A stretch of DNA of 64,000 bases from Longimicrobiales bacterium (GCA_965248195.1 CBDFIQ010000002.1:1568001-1632000); one strand, 5' to 3'. Counted from the first letter of the stretch, positions 1 through 10,397 are shown. Translations and numbers: made by a program. The notes: generated by a model not told the origin, from the sequence alone.

Positions 1-380
1 GACTCCGTGGCGCCTCCAAGGCCCTCGCTCAGGCGCCCGCGGAGTGTATTCGTCTGCTGAAAATCGGGGTGGTCCGCATAAAGAATGATCGGCTTGGGCT
101 GCTCGAATTCATGTTGGAACAGGCGAGCGAAACGCTCGTACCACCGCTCACCCATGCGCGCGGCGTCCTCGACGGCATCAGCCTCTTCCGGATAAAAGTG
201 GATGTCGTAATGAGGCGTCTTGAGGATCCTGAAGTCGAACGTTTCATACTGGACTTTGTTCCGCCCGAAGTACTGAGCGGACACGGAGGCCGGGAGGGCG
301 GTGACCGACAGAGTCAACAGCAGCGCTGCGAGGAAGCCGCGCCGCGACCCCGGCGTATGCGTACGAGTATCAGAAATCAT
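1..380 (-). CDS. 5' part of a large secreted peptidase-MA/PD40/BamA-type protein (runs off the window)
   Basis: Manual translation from ATG at 380 gives MISDTRTHTPGSRRGFLAALLLTLSVTALPASVSAQYFGRNKVQYETFDF..., with a signal peptide and the QYFGxNKVQY motif. AGGAG RBS upstream. Absent from the ORF track because no stop lies in the window. Confidence 0.75.
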   Translation of the reverse strand, partial: MISDTRTHTPGSRRGFLAALLLTLSVTALPASVSAQYFGRNKVQYETFDFRILKTPHYDIHFYPEEADAVEDAARMGERWYERFARLFQHEFEQPKPIILYADHPDFQQTNTLRGRLSEGLGGATE

Positions 381-653
381 CAGGACTCCTCTTTTTTCCG
401 TTGCTTTCTCGTCCATGCAAGGTACCGCCTGATTCGCGGGTTAACCAATCGACCTGGGCTCCAGCCTCTATTCCGGGAGTACCCCACAAGCCGTTCCACA
501 GTCCCCCGATGTCGAGTCGCCTCCAAAGGAACCCGTGGAACCGGCCCGGGGGTTCCACCCGGGGCCCTTTACGCCGGTCACTCGCCGGTGCAAGATTCCT
601 GCCTGTAACTGGCGCGGCCCGCGTGGTCTGCTTTGTCTTCATGAGAGGGACTG

Positions 654-1892
654 ATGATATCCTTACGGATAGGGATATTGGCGACATGTCTGAGTACGGT
701 GGCCTGCATCGATATGGCTCCGGGTGCGATCAAACTGGGCGAGCTCGAACCGCTGAATCCGCCCCTTGGAGAGGCCAGTCTGTGGCCTAAGCTGTCCACC
801 CATGGGGACAAAGTCGTATTGAGCTGGCAAGAACGAGATGCCACAAATTCCTGGTCCGTTAAAAGTGCCATACTCGATGGGGCCGGGTGGGCCCCGGCGC
901 GGACCGTCGCCCGCTCGACGGAGGAAAGAAGATTTTTTGTCAATTGGGCCGACTTCGCTTCGGTCGATATCTTGGAGACGAATTTACTAGTCGCCCACTG
1001 GCTCCCCCGTGGCCCGGACGGGGTGTACGACTATGGCGTGCGGGTCGGCCGGTCGACGGACGGGGGTCGAACGTGGAGCGAGCCTTGGACGCCGCATACG
1101 GATGACACCCCGACGGAGCATGGATTCGTCTCGAAATTTCCCTTGGACAACGGGGGAATCGGCCTGGTTTGGCTGGACGGCCGCAACTCCGTCGACAGGA
1201 ACGGAGAGAAGGGCATCCCGGGGGCGATGGCGTTACGATACCGGTCGCTCGACCGGGAGGGAGTCCCGGGTTCGGAGCTGCTCATCGACGAGCGAGTCTG
1301 TGACTGCTGTCAAACCGACGCGGCCGTCTCAGCCTCCGGCCCGGTCGTGGTCTACCGGGACCGATCCGCGGAGGAGGTGCGGGACATATATGTAACCCGT
1401 CTTGTCGATGGGCAGTGGACGGAGGGCACGCCGGTCCACCGGGACGGCTGGGTGATTCCAGCTTGCCCGGTCAATGGGCCGGCTGTAGCGGCCCGAGAGA
1501 ACGAACTCGCGGTCGCATGGTTTACCCATGCCCGAGGCGAACCCGAGGCACAGGTGGCTTTTTCCTCCGATGGGGGTGTAAACTTCGGGGAGCCGATCCG
1601 GGTCGACGATGGAAGGGCCCTTGGGCGAGTTGATGTGTTGTGGCTCGAGAGTGGCTCCGCTCTGGTCATGTGGTTAGAGCGGCGGCCCCGAGTGGCCGAG
1701 GTGCTGGTGCGCCAGGTGTGGCCGGATGGCCGAATGGGAGGAGAGGCTGTTGTGACGACGACGTCTGCAGGGCGAGACAGTGGGTTTCCGCGCATGATCC
1801 AAGACGGCATGGGCCGGCTGGTTTTCGCGTGGACCCAGACGGGAAGTGTTCGACGCGTGAGAGTGACCAGGACACGCGAGGCTGTACGATGA
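654..1892 (+). CDS. BNR/Asp-box repeat (sialidase-like) lipoprotein
   Basis: Asp-boxes STDGGRTWS and SSDGGVNFG, VCDCC and ACPVNGP motifs, N-terminal lipobox-like TVAC. Confidence 0.8.
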   Translation: MISLRIGILATCLSTVACIDMAPGAIKLGELEPLNPPLGEASLWPKLSTHGDKVVLSWQERDATNSWSVKSAILDGAGWAPARTVARSTEERRFFVNWADFASVDILETNLLVAHWLPRGPDGVYDYGVRVGRSTDGGRTWSEPWTPHTDDTPTEHGFVSKFPLDNGGIGLVWLDGRNSVDRNGEKGIPGAMALRYRSLDREGVPGSELLIDERVCDCCQTDAAVSASGPVVVYRDRSAEEVRDIYVTRLVDGQWTEGTPVHRDGWVIPACPVNGPAVAARENELAVAWFTHARGEPEAQVAFSSDGGVNFGEPIRVDDGRALGRVDVLWLESGSALVMWLERRPRVAEVLVRQVWPDGRMGGEAVVTTTSAGRDSGFPRMIQDGMGRLVFAWTQTGSVRRVRVTRTREAVR

Positions 1893-2398
1893 CCCGGGCG
1901 TTGTGGGTTTCCGGTGCCCTGTTGCTGTGGGTCTCGGCGTGCGCGCCTGGCGATCTGAGGCCGCCGCAGGTGGGGGATCCGGCTCCTGATTTCCAGGCGA
2001 TGTCGCTCGACGGCGAGCGTACCGTTGCTCTCGGCGACTACGCGGGTCAGACGATCCTCGTAAACCTATGGGCGACTTGGTGCGCCCCGTGCCGGTTCGA
2101 GACGCCCTATCTTCAGTCCGTTTATGAGGAGAATCGGGATCGCGGCCTGATGATCGTGGGAGTTTCTGTCGACTCCCCCTCCGCGCTCGACTTGGTGAAC
2201 GATTTTCTCGAAGAGATGGGGGTTACTTACGACATCCTGCTCGATCCGGATATGGTGAGCACGGATGCCTTCCTGCCCATCGGGTACCCTGCGTCCTACC
2301 TCATCGACGGAGACGGGGTGGTCCGCTTTACCCGACTGGGTCCGATCGCGGAAGGAGACCCTGCGTTTCTCGAAGCGCTGGAACAGACCCTCAAATAG
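1889..2398 (+). CDS. TlpA/redoxin family thiol-disulfide oxidoreductase lipoprotein
   Basis: NLWATWCAPC motif; ATG at 1889 overlaps the upstream stop (ATGA). Confidence 0.9.
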   Translation: MTRALWVSGALLLWVSACAPGDLRPPQVGDPAPDFQAMSLDGERTVALGDYAGQTILVNLWATWCAPCRFETPYLQSVYEENRDRGLMIVGVSVDSPSALDLVNDFLEEMGVTYDILLDPDMVSTDAFLPIGYPASYLIDGDGVVRFTRLGPIAEGDPAFLEALEQTLK

Positions 2399-2600
2399 CG
2401 CGGACGAGAATCTCGACCGTCCGGCTCGCGCTTTTCCCTGCCTCGAACCGAGCCGTCTTCGACGGTTCAGGCGCCGGCGACACGGCGACCGCAGTGGTGT
2501 CGCGGTGGCCCTCGGTGCATCGATGGGCGAGGCGGCCGCCATCGCAAATTACGCCTCCCGGTAAAGATATACGTACGTTTTAGTTAGAGGTGGTAATCGC

Positions 2601-2990
2601 ATGAATGACTTGAAGCTCATTAATACACCCGAGGCGCCGGCGGCCATCGGCCCGTACTCCCAGGCTGTGGTTGCGGGGGAGTGGGTCTTCGCCTCCGGCC
2701 AGATTCCGGTCGACCCCGCCACCGGGGACCTGATCGACGGGGGAATCGCCGAGCAAACCGATCGCGTCATGAAGAACCTCGCTGCCGTACTTCGCGAGGC
2801 GGGTCTCTCTTTGAATCATGTCGTGAAAACCACGGTGTATCTTGCCGACATGGGGACCTTCGCAGAGATGAACGAAGTGTTCGCCAAACATTTCGGGGAT
2901 CATCGTCCTGCACGGGCGACGGTGCAGGCTGGCGCGTTGCCCAAGAGCGCGGGAGTGGAGATCGACGCCATTGCACGCATCCCGTCATGA
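2601..2990 (+). CDS. ridA: RidA/YjgF family enamine deaminase
   Basis: APAAIGPYSQA, SGQIP, PARATV and VEIDAIA motifs; GAGGTG RBS. Confidence 0.92.
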   Translation: MNDLKLINTPEAPAAIGPYSQAVVAGEWVFASGQIPVDPATGDLIDGGIAEQTDRVMKNLAAVLREAGLSLNHVVKTTVYLADMGTFAEMNEVFAKHFGDHRPARATVQAGALPKSAGVEIDAIARIPS

Positions 2991-4042
2991 CCGAACTCCT
3001 CGAGAATCGGTGGGTCCAGCGCGTCGGCTTCGTGGTCGGGGGCCTCGTGGTGGGCATCCTCTTGGAGTTCGTGGTCATCCGGCGGGCACACAAGCTGGCA
3101 GAACAAACACGCTTCAGGTGGGACGACTTGCTCATCGGCTCGCTCCGTGGCGTGGCGACCGTGTGGTTGGGCGCGGGTGGCGTCTACCTCGCGCTCAACG
3201 TCGGGACTCCGGACCCGTTGCTGCTGAGCACGATGCGGAACGTGCTCATGGTGGTCATGATCTGGTCCGTGGTGATTGCTGGGATGCGGTTGGTGGGGGG
3301 GGCGGTCGAGATGCTTTCGGGGCGCACGGGCGGCGCGATCAAGTCGCCGACGTTGGTCATCAACCTCGCTCGGGCCGCCGTCGCCACTCTCGGGCTCTTC
3401 ATCATCCTCCAGAACCTCGGGATCGACATCACGGCGCTGATCACCGCGCTGGGGATCGGAGGAATCGCGGTCGCGCTCGCGCTCCAGGACACACTCGGCA
3501 ACCTCTTCGCCGGAATTCAGATCATCCTGTCCAAGCAGGTGCGTCAGGGGGACTACATCCGCCTCTCTTCAGGAGAAGAGGGGTGGGTAACCGACGTGAA
3601 GGGCCGGAACACGACGATCCAAACCTTTCCTGACGGCAACCTGGTCACGGTGCCCAACTCGATGCTCGCCTCCTCGATCGTGAAGAACCTTTCGATGCCC
3701 AGGAGGGCGTTGTGGGTGACTCTCGAAGTCGGTGTGAGCTACGACAGCGACCTGCAACACGTGGAGGCCGTCGCCTTGGATGTGGCCCAGCAGGTGCTCG
3801 GCGAGGTGGACGGCGGCGTGCCGGGGGAAGACCCTATCGTCCGTTACCACACCTTCGGCGACTCGAGCATAAACTTCGACGTCCGCATGATGGTGCGTGA
3901 GTTCCGGAGCCAAGGTCCCGTGAAACACGAGTTCATCAAGCGGTTACACCGCCGTTTCGGAGACGAGGGCATCGAGATCCCCTTCCCGATCCGCACGGTG
4001 ATGATGCAGGGCGGCACCGACCCGACAGTCGAAGGCGGTTGA
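2987..4042 (+). CDS. small-conductance mechanosensitive channel (MscS family)
   Basis: ALGIGGIAVALALQDTLGNLFAG, GDYI, VGVSYDSDL, GIEIPFP; ATG at 2987 coupled to the ridA stop. Confidence 0.92.
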   Translation: MTELLENRWVQRVGFVVGGLVVGILLEFVVIRRAHKLAEQTRFRWDDLLIGSLRGVATVWLGAGGVYLALNVGTPDPLLLSTMRNVLMVVMIWSVVIAGMRLVGGAVEMLSGRTGGAIKSPTLVINLARAAVATLGLFIILQNLGIDITALITALGIGGIAVALALQDTLGNLFAGIQIILSKQVRQGDYIRLSSGEEGWVTDVKGRNTTIQTFPDGNLVTVPNSMLASSIVKNLSMPRRALWVTLEVGVSYDSDLQHVEAVALDVAQQVLGEVDGGVPGEDPIVRYHTFGDSSINFDVRMMVREFRSQGPVKHEFIKRLHRRFGDEGIEIPFPIRTVMMQGGTDPTVEGG

Positions 4043-4082
4043 GGCCTAAGCCGTCAGGCACCGACAGAGCGAGCGAGACAGC

Positions 4083-6158
4083 TTACCGCCTACTATCCCC
4101 CGGACTCACCAGAACGGTGGTGGCGATCCACGCCTCCAACTCCGACCGGTAGCGGCGCGTGGTGATGAAGGTCAGCACATCTCCAGGCTCGACCCGTGTG
4201 AAGCCCCTCGGAACCACGACGCGATCGCCGCGCCGCAGGAGCGCGATGAGAGCCTCAGCGGGCACCTTGATCTCACGGATGGAGTGGAAGCAGATGTCCG
4301 TGTGACGTGCGGTCACCTCGAGCGCGACGTGCACCGAATCTCCCCCCGCGTCGGGTGGCACCGCGTTGGTGCGCTTCAGCAGCCGTTGATGCTCATCCGC
4401 CAGCTCCTTGAACGCCCACATCATCTCGGCCCGTTTCAACACGCCCACGACCCGACTCCGGTCCTCCGGATCCATCACCGGCATTTGATAGGCACCCAGG
4501 GCACTGAATCGTGCGAAGGCGTTCCGAAGCGTCTCGGCGGGGAAGGTGGTCTCCACCGCCGTGGTCATGACCTCGGCGACCGTTCTCTCGGATCCTCCGG
4601 CCACGATGGACCGTTCGAGATCGGCCAGCGCGACGATCCCCACCAGACGCTCGTCGTCATCGAGCACCAGCCAACTGCGTTCGTGCTCATCCCGCGCCAG
4701 CTCAGCCAGGTGATCGAGGTCCATGGACTCGGGCACGCTCCTCACCTCCTCCTCCATGGCGTCCGCCACGAGAAGGATGTCGAGCGTCCCCATCTCACCC
4801 TCGGAGAGGCGGAACCCACCGAGCCTCCGCAGCTTGATGGAGTAGATGGAGTCCGGATTGAGGCGGGAAGCGATGATCTGCGCCAGCACCACGGCCAACA
4901 TGAGTGGGAGGATGATCCGGTAGTCGTCGGTCATCTCGAAGAGGATGACGATCGCCGTCATGGGTGCGTGGGCTGCCGCGCCGAACACGGCGGCGGCTCC
5001 GACCAGGGCATAGGCTCCAGGAGACGCCGTCACCGTGGGGAACAGTCCACCCATGAACGAGCCGAAGACACCCCCGGTCATCGCCCCGATGAAGAGAGCC
5101 GGAGCGAACACTCCGCCGGAGCCACCGGCGCCGAGGGTGATGGAGGTGGCCAGCATCTTCAGGACGACGAGCATCGCCATCATACCGACGCCGAGGGCCC
5201 CGGCGAGCGCCAGCTCTACGCCCTCATGTCCGATGCCGAAGATGTGTGAGCTTCCGAAGGCCCCCATGGCTCCCACTGCCAGGCCACCCAGGAGCGCCTT
5301 GGCCCAGGCAGGGACCGACCACAGCTCGAACCGCTCCTCCACCTGATACACCATCCACACGTAGGCCAGAGCCACCAAGCCAGCGATCATACCGAGGCCC
5401 AGATAAAGCCCGAACTCCCAGTTGCTCACGAGGGTGAAGCGCTCGACGAGGTTGAACGCCGGTTCGGTCCCCAGGGCCGACTGCACCACCGCCGTGGCCG
5501 CCACCGACGAGACCACCACCAATCCGAAGGATCGGGAGGCGAACCCACCGAGGATCACCTCCATGGCGAAGAGCACCCCTGCGATGGGCGCGCTGAACGT
5601 GCCCCCGATGGCCGCGCCCGCGCCTGCGGCCACCATGATCCGTACCTCGCTGGCTCCCAATCCGGCGATCTGGCCCACGGTGCTGCCGATGGACGAACCG
5701 ATCTGGACGATGGGGCCCTCACGCCCCACGGATCCTCCGGACCCGATGGAGAGCGCGGAAGCCAACGCCTTCACGATGGCCACACGAGGACGGATGCGTC
5801 CCCCGCGCTGTCGCACGGCGAACTGGACTTCCGGGATTCCATGCCCCTGGGCCTCCGGAGCCCAGCGGCGAACCATCCAGGACACCACCACCATGCCGAC
5901 GGCCGGGGCGAACACGAGGGGCACCCACTCCGGCAGCGGAGCCAACAAATCGGAGAGGCGGCCGCCCTGATCGAAGAACAACCACTGCACTGCGGCGATC
6001 ATCCAACGGAGGCCGATCGCGGCGACCCCGGAAAGCAGGCCGATGGCCGTGGCGAGGGCCAGCGGCCCGGCCGTGGTGGAACGGCGCAATTCGAGGCGCA
6101 GGCGATGGAGGATCTTGCCGTTCCGGAGAGCCTTCGGGAGGCCGATGCCAAAGGTCAT
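4083..6158 (-). CDS. CLC chloride channel/antiporter with CBS pair and TrkA-C domain
   Basis: GHGIPE, GREGP and GGVFAP signatures; C-terminal CBS domains and LRRGDRVVVPRG TrkA-C. Confidence 0.92.
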   Translation of the reverse strand: MTFGIGLPKALRNGKILHRLRLELRRSTTAGPLALATAIGLLSGVAAIGLRWMIAAVQWLFFDQGGRLSDLLAPLPEWVPLVFAPAVGMVVVSWMVRRWAPEAQGHGIPEVQFAVRQRGGRIRPRVAIVKALASALSIGSGGSVGREGPIVQIGSSIGSTVGQIAGLGASEVRIMVAAGAGAAIGGTFSAPIAGVLFAMEVILGGFASRSFGLVVVSSVAATAVVQSALGTEPAFNLVERFTLVSNWEFGLYLGLGMIAGLVALAYVWMVYQVEERFELWSVPAWAKALLGGLAVGAMGAFGSSHIFGIGHEGVELALAGALGVGMMAMLVVLKMLATSITLGAGGSGGVFAPALFIGAMTGGVFGSFMGGLFPTVTASPGAYALVGAAAVFGAAAHAPMTAIVILFEMTDDYRIILPLMLAVVLAQIIASRLNPDSIYSIKLRRLGGFRLSEGEMGTLDILLVADAMEEEVRSVPESMDLDHLAELARDEHERSWLVLDDDERLVGIVALADLERSIVAGGSERTVAEVMTTAVETTFPAETLRNAFARFSALGAYQMPVMDPEDRSRVVGVLKRAEMMWAFKELADEHQRLLKRTNAVPPDAGGDSVHVALEVTARHTDICFHSIREIKVPAEALIALLRRGDRVVVPRGFTRVEPGDVLTFITTRRYRSELEAWIATTVLVSPGDSRR

Positions 6159-6235
6159 GAGGGGAAGTTGACAATAAGGGTGTGTTTATCCAACCTGGCC
6201 TGCGCCCTTCTGGCCCAAGAACCGAGGAAAAAACC

Positions 6236-7528
6236 ATGCAGGACTTCCTGTCGAGCATAGCCGCGAACGACTGGCTTCGGGCTGTCGGCGGGTTGTTTGC
6301 CCTCACCATCCTGGCGTGGGCTACCAACGTCGTGGCCCGCCGCTTATTCCTGGGGCTGATCCACCGTGTGGCGAGCAGGACCCAGTCCACCTGGGACGAT
6401 CGCGTCATCGAGCATCGGGTCTTCCACCGGCTGGCCAACGTCGCTCCGGCGCTCGTGACCTACTCCGGGATCGGATTGGCGCTGGGGGTCGCTCCCGACG
6501 CCCTGGCGGAGGGCCCGCCCGTCGACCTGCAGTCGACGAGCTTGGAGGCCCTCGTGCTCACCGGTGCGACCCTGGTGCGCCGGGTATCGATTGCGTGGGT
6601 GGTCGTGGCGCTCTCCACGGCTGCCGCCGGCCTCCTGAATGCCCTGAACGACATCTACGCCGAGACCTACGCCGAGGCCGGCAACCGCCCCATCAAGGGC
6701 TACCTCCAGGTCATCAGCCTCTTCCTGTATGTGGCGGCGGGCGTCGTAGTGATCTCCGTCCTAGCGGATCGCTCGCCCGTGATCTTCCTGTCGGGCCTCG
6801 GGGCGCTCACCGCCGTCCTGATGCTGGTCTTCCGAGACACCATCCTGTCACTCGTGGCCAGCGTCCAGATCATGTCCAACGACATGATCCGCATCGGGGA
6901 CTGGGTCGAGATGCCCCAGGCCAACACCGACGGCGACGTCATCGACATCGCGCTTCACACGGTGAAGATCCAGAACTGGGACAAGACCATCTCCGCGATC
7001 CCCACCCACAAGTTCATCTCCGAGTCGTTCAAGAACTGGCGGGGAATGAGCGAGTCCGGCGGCCGCCGCATGAAGCGCTCGATCCACCTGGACATGAACT
7101 CCATCCATTTCCTGTCGGACCAGGAGGTGGCCCGGCTCTCCCACTTCGAGTTCCTGCACGATTACTTGCAGGCCAAGCGGAGGGATCTGGAGGTCGCCAA
7201 CACCCGGAAGGTGGAGGGCGACGACGTCATTCCAGACGCGCGACGCCTCACGAATGTAGGCACCTTCCGGGCGTACGTGAGGCACTATCTGAGCAATCAT
7301 CCCAAGATCCACCAGGGGATGACGCTGCTCGTGCGGCAGCTCCAGCCGGGGGCCCAAGGCCTGCCCCTCGAGATCTACTGCTTCTCGAACGATACGAACT
7401 GGGAAAACTACGAGGGAATCCACGCAGACATCTTCGACCACCTGATCGCGAGCCTCCCCGAGTTCGGGCTCCGGGCCTTTCAGGAGCCCGCGGGCAGCGA
7501 CCTGAAGGAGTTGCGTGCTTCGGGCTAA
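6236..7528 (+). CDS. MscS family channel, YbdG/MscM-like
   Basis: LGALTAVLMLVFRDTIL, VKIQNWDKTI, NWRGMSESGGRR, GLPLEIYCF. Confidence 0.9.
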   Translation: MQDFLSSIAANDWLRAVGGLFALTILAWATNVVARRLFLGLIHRVASRTQSTWDDRVIEHRVFHRLANVAPALVTYSGIGLALGVAPDALAEGPPVDLQSTSLEALVLTGATLVRRVSIAWVVVALSTAAAGLLNALNDIYAETYAEAGNRPIKGYLQVISLFLYVAAGVVVISVLADRSPVIFLSGLGALTAVLMLVFRDTILSLVASVQIMSNDMIRIGDWVEMPQANTDGDVIDIALHTVKIQNWDKTISAIPTHKFISESFKNWRGMSESGGRRMKRSIHLDMNSIHFLSDQEVARLSHFEFLHDYLQAKRRDLEVANTRKVEGDDVIPDARRLTNVGTFRAYVRHYLSNHPKIHQGMTLLVRQLQPGAQGLPLEIYCFSNDTNWENYEGIHADIFDHLIASLPEFGLRAFQEPAGSDLKELRASG

Positions 7529-7602
7529 AGGGCAGCGTGTGGACAGGTGAGCGAGGTCTGCCTACCGTGTGCCCATGTCAGCCGATGGACGTTCGACTAT
7601 AT

Positions 7603-7699
7603 GGGGGCGGAGGAGGTCTGGTGGCCTCACTGGTCTTCAAAACCAGCTCGCCCGGCTAAACCCCGGGTTGGTGGGTTCGATTCCCACACGTTCCCGCCA
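7603..7699 (+). tRNA. selC: tRNA-Sec (anticodon UCA)
   Basis: 97 nt. 6-bp D stem GAGGTC/GGCCTC with TGGT loop, CTGGT-CTTCAAA-ACCAG anticodon arm, long variable arm, GTGGG-TTCGATT-CCCAC T arm, G-CCA end. Confidence 0.93.
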
Positions 7700-7924
7700 T
7701 CGGTGAAATCGCCTTAAGGGCAATGACTGCGGATACGTGCTCGGGCGCTGCTCGTCGTTAAGGGCGCGATACTTCGAGTTTTGGAACGTGATCCAGAAAT
7801 CCGGTGTCCACGGTGTCTGAAGGAAGCTGCGGCAAGATCATGGTGATCTGCAAGGAGCCGAAGCCGACGCTGATGGAGCTGCTGATCAAGCGGGGGAGAT
7901 CGGGGAGGATAGCGGCTGGCTGGG

Positions 7925-8317
7925 CTACCTGTTGTCGTTTCCGCGTCTGCCGAGTGACGGGACATGGATGGCGATGGCGGTGGTCCTTCGGTCCGCCGAC
8001 GTGCCAAGAAGCGCTCGGGCAACTCGTGCCCCGGTACCCGCCTCTTCGGTGTCACCCCATATGATCGCGTTGGCCCCAAGCTTACCTGCCTCCTGGCGTA
8101 ACTTGTTTAGGAGGTCGCCCTCATCGGTCCAATCGGTGTTCCCCTTGGCATCCAGCATCGCTACGCGGGTGTGTTCAGGGATGCTGTCACCGGCCACGTA
8201 AACGAAGACATCCTCTTCGGCGATGGGACTTGCTTGGAATGATGTATCCAATACTGATTTGCCAACGGAAACGCAGGCGGCGGCCATGACAACAAATAAA
8301 AGCGCGGTCCTTCTCAT
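7925..8317 (-). CDS. small lipoprotein, YbjQ/heavy-metal-binding-like fold
   Basis: MRRTALLFVVMAAAC lipobox, LRQEAGKLGANAII motif, GGAGG RBS. Confidence 0.65.
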   Translation of the reverse strand: MRRTALLFVVMAAACVSVGKSVLDTSFQASPIAEEDVFVYVAGDSIPEHTRVAMLDAKGNTDWTDEGDLLNKLRQEAGKLGANAIIWGDTEEAGTGARVARALLGTSADRRTTAIAIHVPSLGRRGNDNR

Positions 8318-8651
8318 GGTGCCTCCGTCTTGTTTTGCCGCCGGGGCAGAACGGCAGCGTATTACTTGCCCGGCTTCAAAGATTACCCGCACCTGCCAGT
8401 CATACAAGCAAAATATCCGTGCCACTCTGGCGCTCGATGATTGGCTTACTCAGCCTTCCGCGACAGTAGCAATCGCTTGTTCGGAATCAGGCGCACACTA
8501 CGCCAGCCGCTATCATTCCGCGGATCGGCGGCGGCGATTCTCGACCACCTACCCGATCGGGAAACCGACACCTACACGAACGAAGACTGCACCACTCTTC
8601 CCAGGTCGATTCGGAACCTGTCAACGACAATGGGACACTCTACGGGATTAA

Positions 8652-9659
8652 TTAGAGAGCAATATCCTGTGTGGTGAGGGAAGGGATGGGAGGATTGATG
8701 TAGACGGCCTCCGGGAGCGGTTTGGGCTTCGGCACACCTGTGACGAAGCGTTCGGGATGAGCGGCCCATGCTTCGCGGAGCACGGATTTCCTGCCGGCAA
8801 TGACCTGATCGGCGTTCCCGAAGTGGACCTGCTCGGGGGTTAGCATCGAGATACCGCCATGGCGGTGCTCGGCATTGTACCAGCGGAAGAACGATCGACA
8901 CAACGTCTTGGCCTGGCCCTGATCCCCGAACCGCCCGGGAAACGAGGGATGGTACTTCAAGGTTTTGAACTGAGCCTCGGAAAACGGGTTGTCATCCGAC
9001 ACCTGAGGCCGGCTCAACGAGCGAGTCACGCCGAGGTCAGCGAGAAGTTGAGCGGTGCATTGGCTCGTCATTGGAGCTCCCCGATCCGAGTGCAGGGTCA
9101 GGACCCGGGGCTGGACGCCATGCTTCAGGCAGCTCTGCTGGATCAACCGGCCGGCCAGGGCCGAGTTCTCCCGGTCCGCCACCATCCAGCCCACGACGTA
9201 GCGGCTGTAGATGTCCATGATGACGTAGAGGTAGTAATAGCTCCACTTCTTCGGCCCGAGTAGCCGCGTGATATCCCAGGACCACACCTGGTTCGGCGCC
9301 GTGGCCATCAACTCGGGCTTCTTGTACTCGGGATGGGTGCGCTGCGCCCGGCGTTCCTGAACCGGCACCTCGGAGGCCAGAACACGATACATCGTGCGTT
9401 CGCTGCACAGGTAGACCTCTTCGTCGAGCAGCGTGGCCACCACCTCGGCGGGTGAGCGGTCCACGAACCGCTCCGAACACAGCGTGTCGAAGACCTCGCC
9501 TCGTTCCGTCTCGCTCAATGCCCGGGCGGGCGTCGGGCGGGGCTGCCGTTGCCCGGTCGATGGGCCTCGACGACGGTAGAACGTCGATCGGGAGACCTCG
9601 AGAGCCGCGCACGCCGGTTTTACACCGACGTGCTTAGCCAGCTCATCGGCCGCCTTCAA
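8652..9659 (-). CDS. IS3 transposase OrfB (rve/DDE)
   Basis: PNQVWSWDIT, LHSDRG, DNPFSEAQFKTLK, WYNAEHRH. Confidence 0.93.
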   Translation of the reverse strand: MKAADELAKHVGVKPACAALEVSRSTFYRRRGPSTGQRQPRPTPARALSETERGEVFDTLCSERFVDRSPAEVVATLLDEEVYLCSERTMYRVLASEVPVQERRAQRTHPEYKKPELMATAPNQVWSWDITRLLGPKKWSYYYLYVIMDIYSRYVVGWMVADRENSALAGRLIQQSCLKHGVQPRVLTLHSDRGAPMTSQCTAQLLADLGVTRSLSRPQVSDDNPFSEAQFKTLKYHPSFPGRFGDQGQAKTLCRSFFRWYNAEHRHGGISMLTPEQVHFGNADQVIAGRKSVLREAWAAHPERFVTGVPKPKPLPEAVYINPPIPSLTTQDIAL

Positions 9660-10105
9660 GAGTTCGTCCCGTCGTCGAGGCTTATCCCCAGCAGCCCCGC
9701 AACTTTTCCCTGCACGTCGATGATCAGGTGTGCCTTCCTGAGCTCATTCTCGAGCCGTGCGTTTTGCCGCTCCAGCTTGCGTACCTTCTCATCCAGCGGA
9801 TTCCGCTCCGGCTTGCGGCCGCGTTTCTTCGACAGGGCCTTCAGCGACCCGCTATGCGCCGCCTTGCGCCACGTCGTCAGGTGCGACGAGTACAGGCCCT
9901 CGCGCCGCAGGAGCTGACCCACCTCGCCGGGCTCGGTGCACCGGTCCGCTTCTTCGACGATCCGCAGCTTGTACGATGGACTGAACCGCCGGCGTAGCGG
10001 CCTATCTACTACCTCCGGGTCCGCAGGAGCTGCCGCGCTTCGCTTGGCCTCCCCGATTCCAGGGGCACTACCATTCTCTTCCATTCTCTCTCGCAGTCCC
10101 AACAT
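9656..10105 (-). CDS. IS3 transposase OrfA (HTH)
   Basis: RRRFSPSYKLRIVEEAD...LRREGLYSSHLTTWRK plus coiled coil. Confidence 0.88.
   Translation of the reverse strand: MLGLRERMEENGSAPGIGEAKRSAAAPADPEVVDRPLRRRFSPSYKLRIVEEADRCTEPGEVGQLLRREGLYSSHLTTWRKAAHSGSLKALSKKRGRKPERNPLDEKVRKLERQNARLENELRKAHLIIDVQGKVAGLLGISLDDGTNS
9704..9710 (-). promoter_or_regulatory. -1 programmed frameshift heptamer G_GGA_AAA joining OrfA to OrfB
   Basis: X_XXY_YYZ in the OrfA phase (CAG GGA AAA); the -1 frame is open from here into OrfB (GKSCGAAGDKPRRRDELLKAADEL). Confidence 0.7.
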
Positions 10106-10397
10106 GTTCGTTTTCTCTGCCTTCGCCCTACTCTAATTCTTTGCGTGCTCCGTGTCTCACGTACGTTGGCAGAGAGGGATCAGCGAAGATCGTTGTAAGG
10201 CCAAGGCTGTATGACACATCCGCGACGGCGATGAGTCCACTAAACACTCGAACGTCGACCCCAAGGCCCGCTCTGCCGTCAAACTGCACAGCCCTTGGTG
10301 GGGCACAGGGAAATTCAGTCACGTCGGTACCCAGTGGCCGTTCCCCCTTTTGACGCTATAGGGGCTCTACTCGCCCCCGCTCAAGCCGCCCCCCTCT

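Larger units (their letters stand above)
8611..10177 (-). mobile_element. IS3-family insertion sequence, copy 1
   Basis: orfA/orfB; 20-bp imperfect IRs at 8619-8638 and 10152-10171; GAT duplicated at 8608-8610 and 10178-10180; matches copy 2. Confidence 0.93.
8549..10350 (-). pseudogene. 3' remnant of an outer-membrane beta-barrel (porin-like) gene interrupted by IS3 copy 1
   Basis: Removing 8611-10180 gives in-frame ...FDGRAGLGVDVRVFSGLIAVADVSYSLGLTTIFADRPGKSGAVFVRVGVGFPIG*; the 5' part is missing. Confidence 0.6.

Noticed and set aside
535..558. GTGGAACC/GGTTCCAC hairpin in the divergent intergenic region
   Set aside because: No U tract, no second copy and no recognisable RNA family; function cannot be supported
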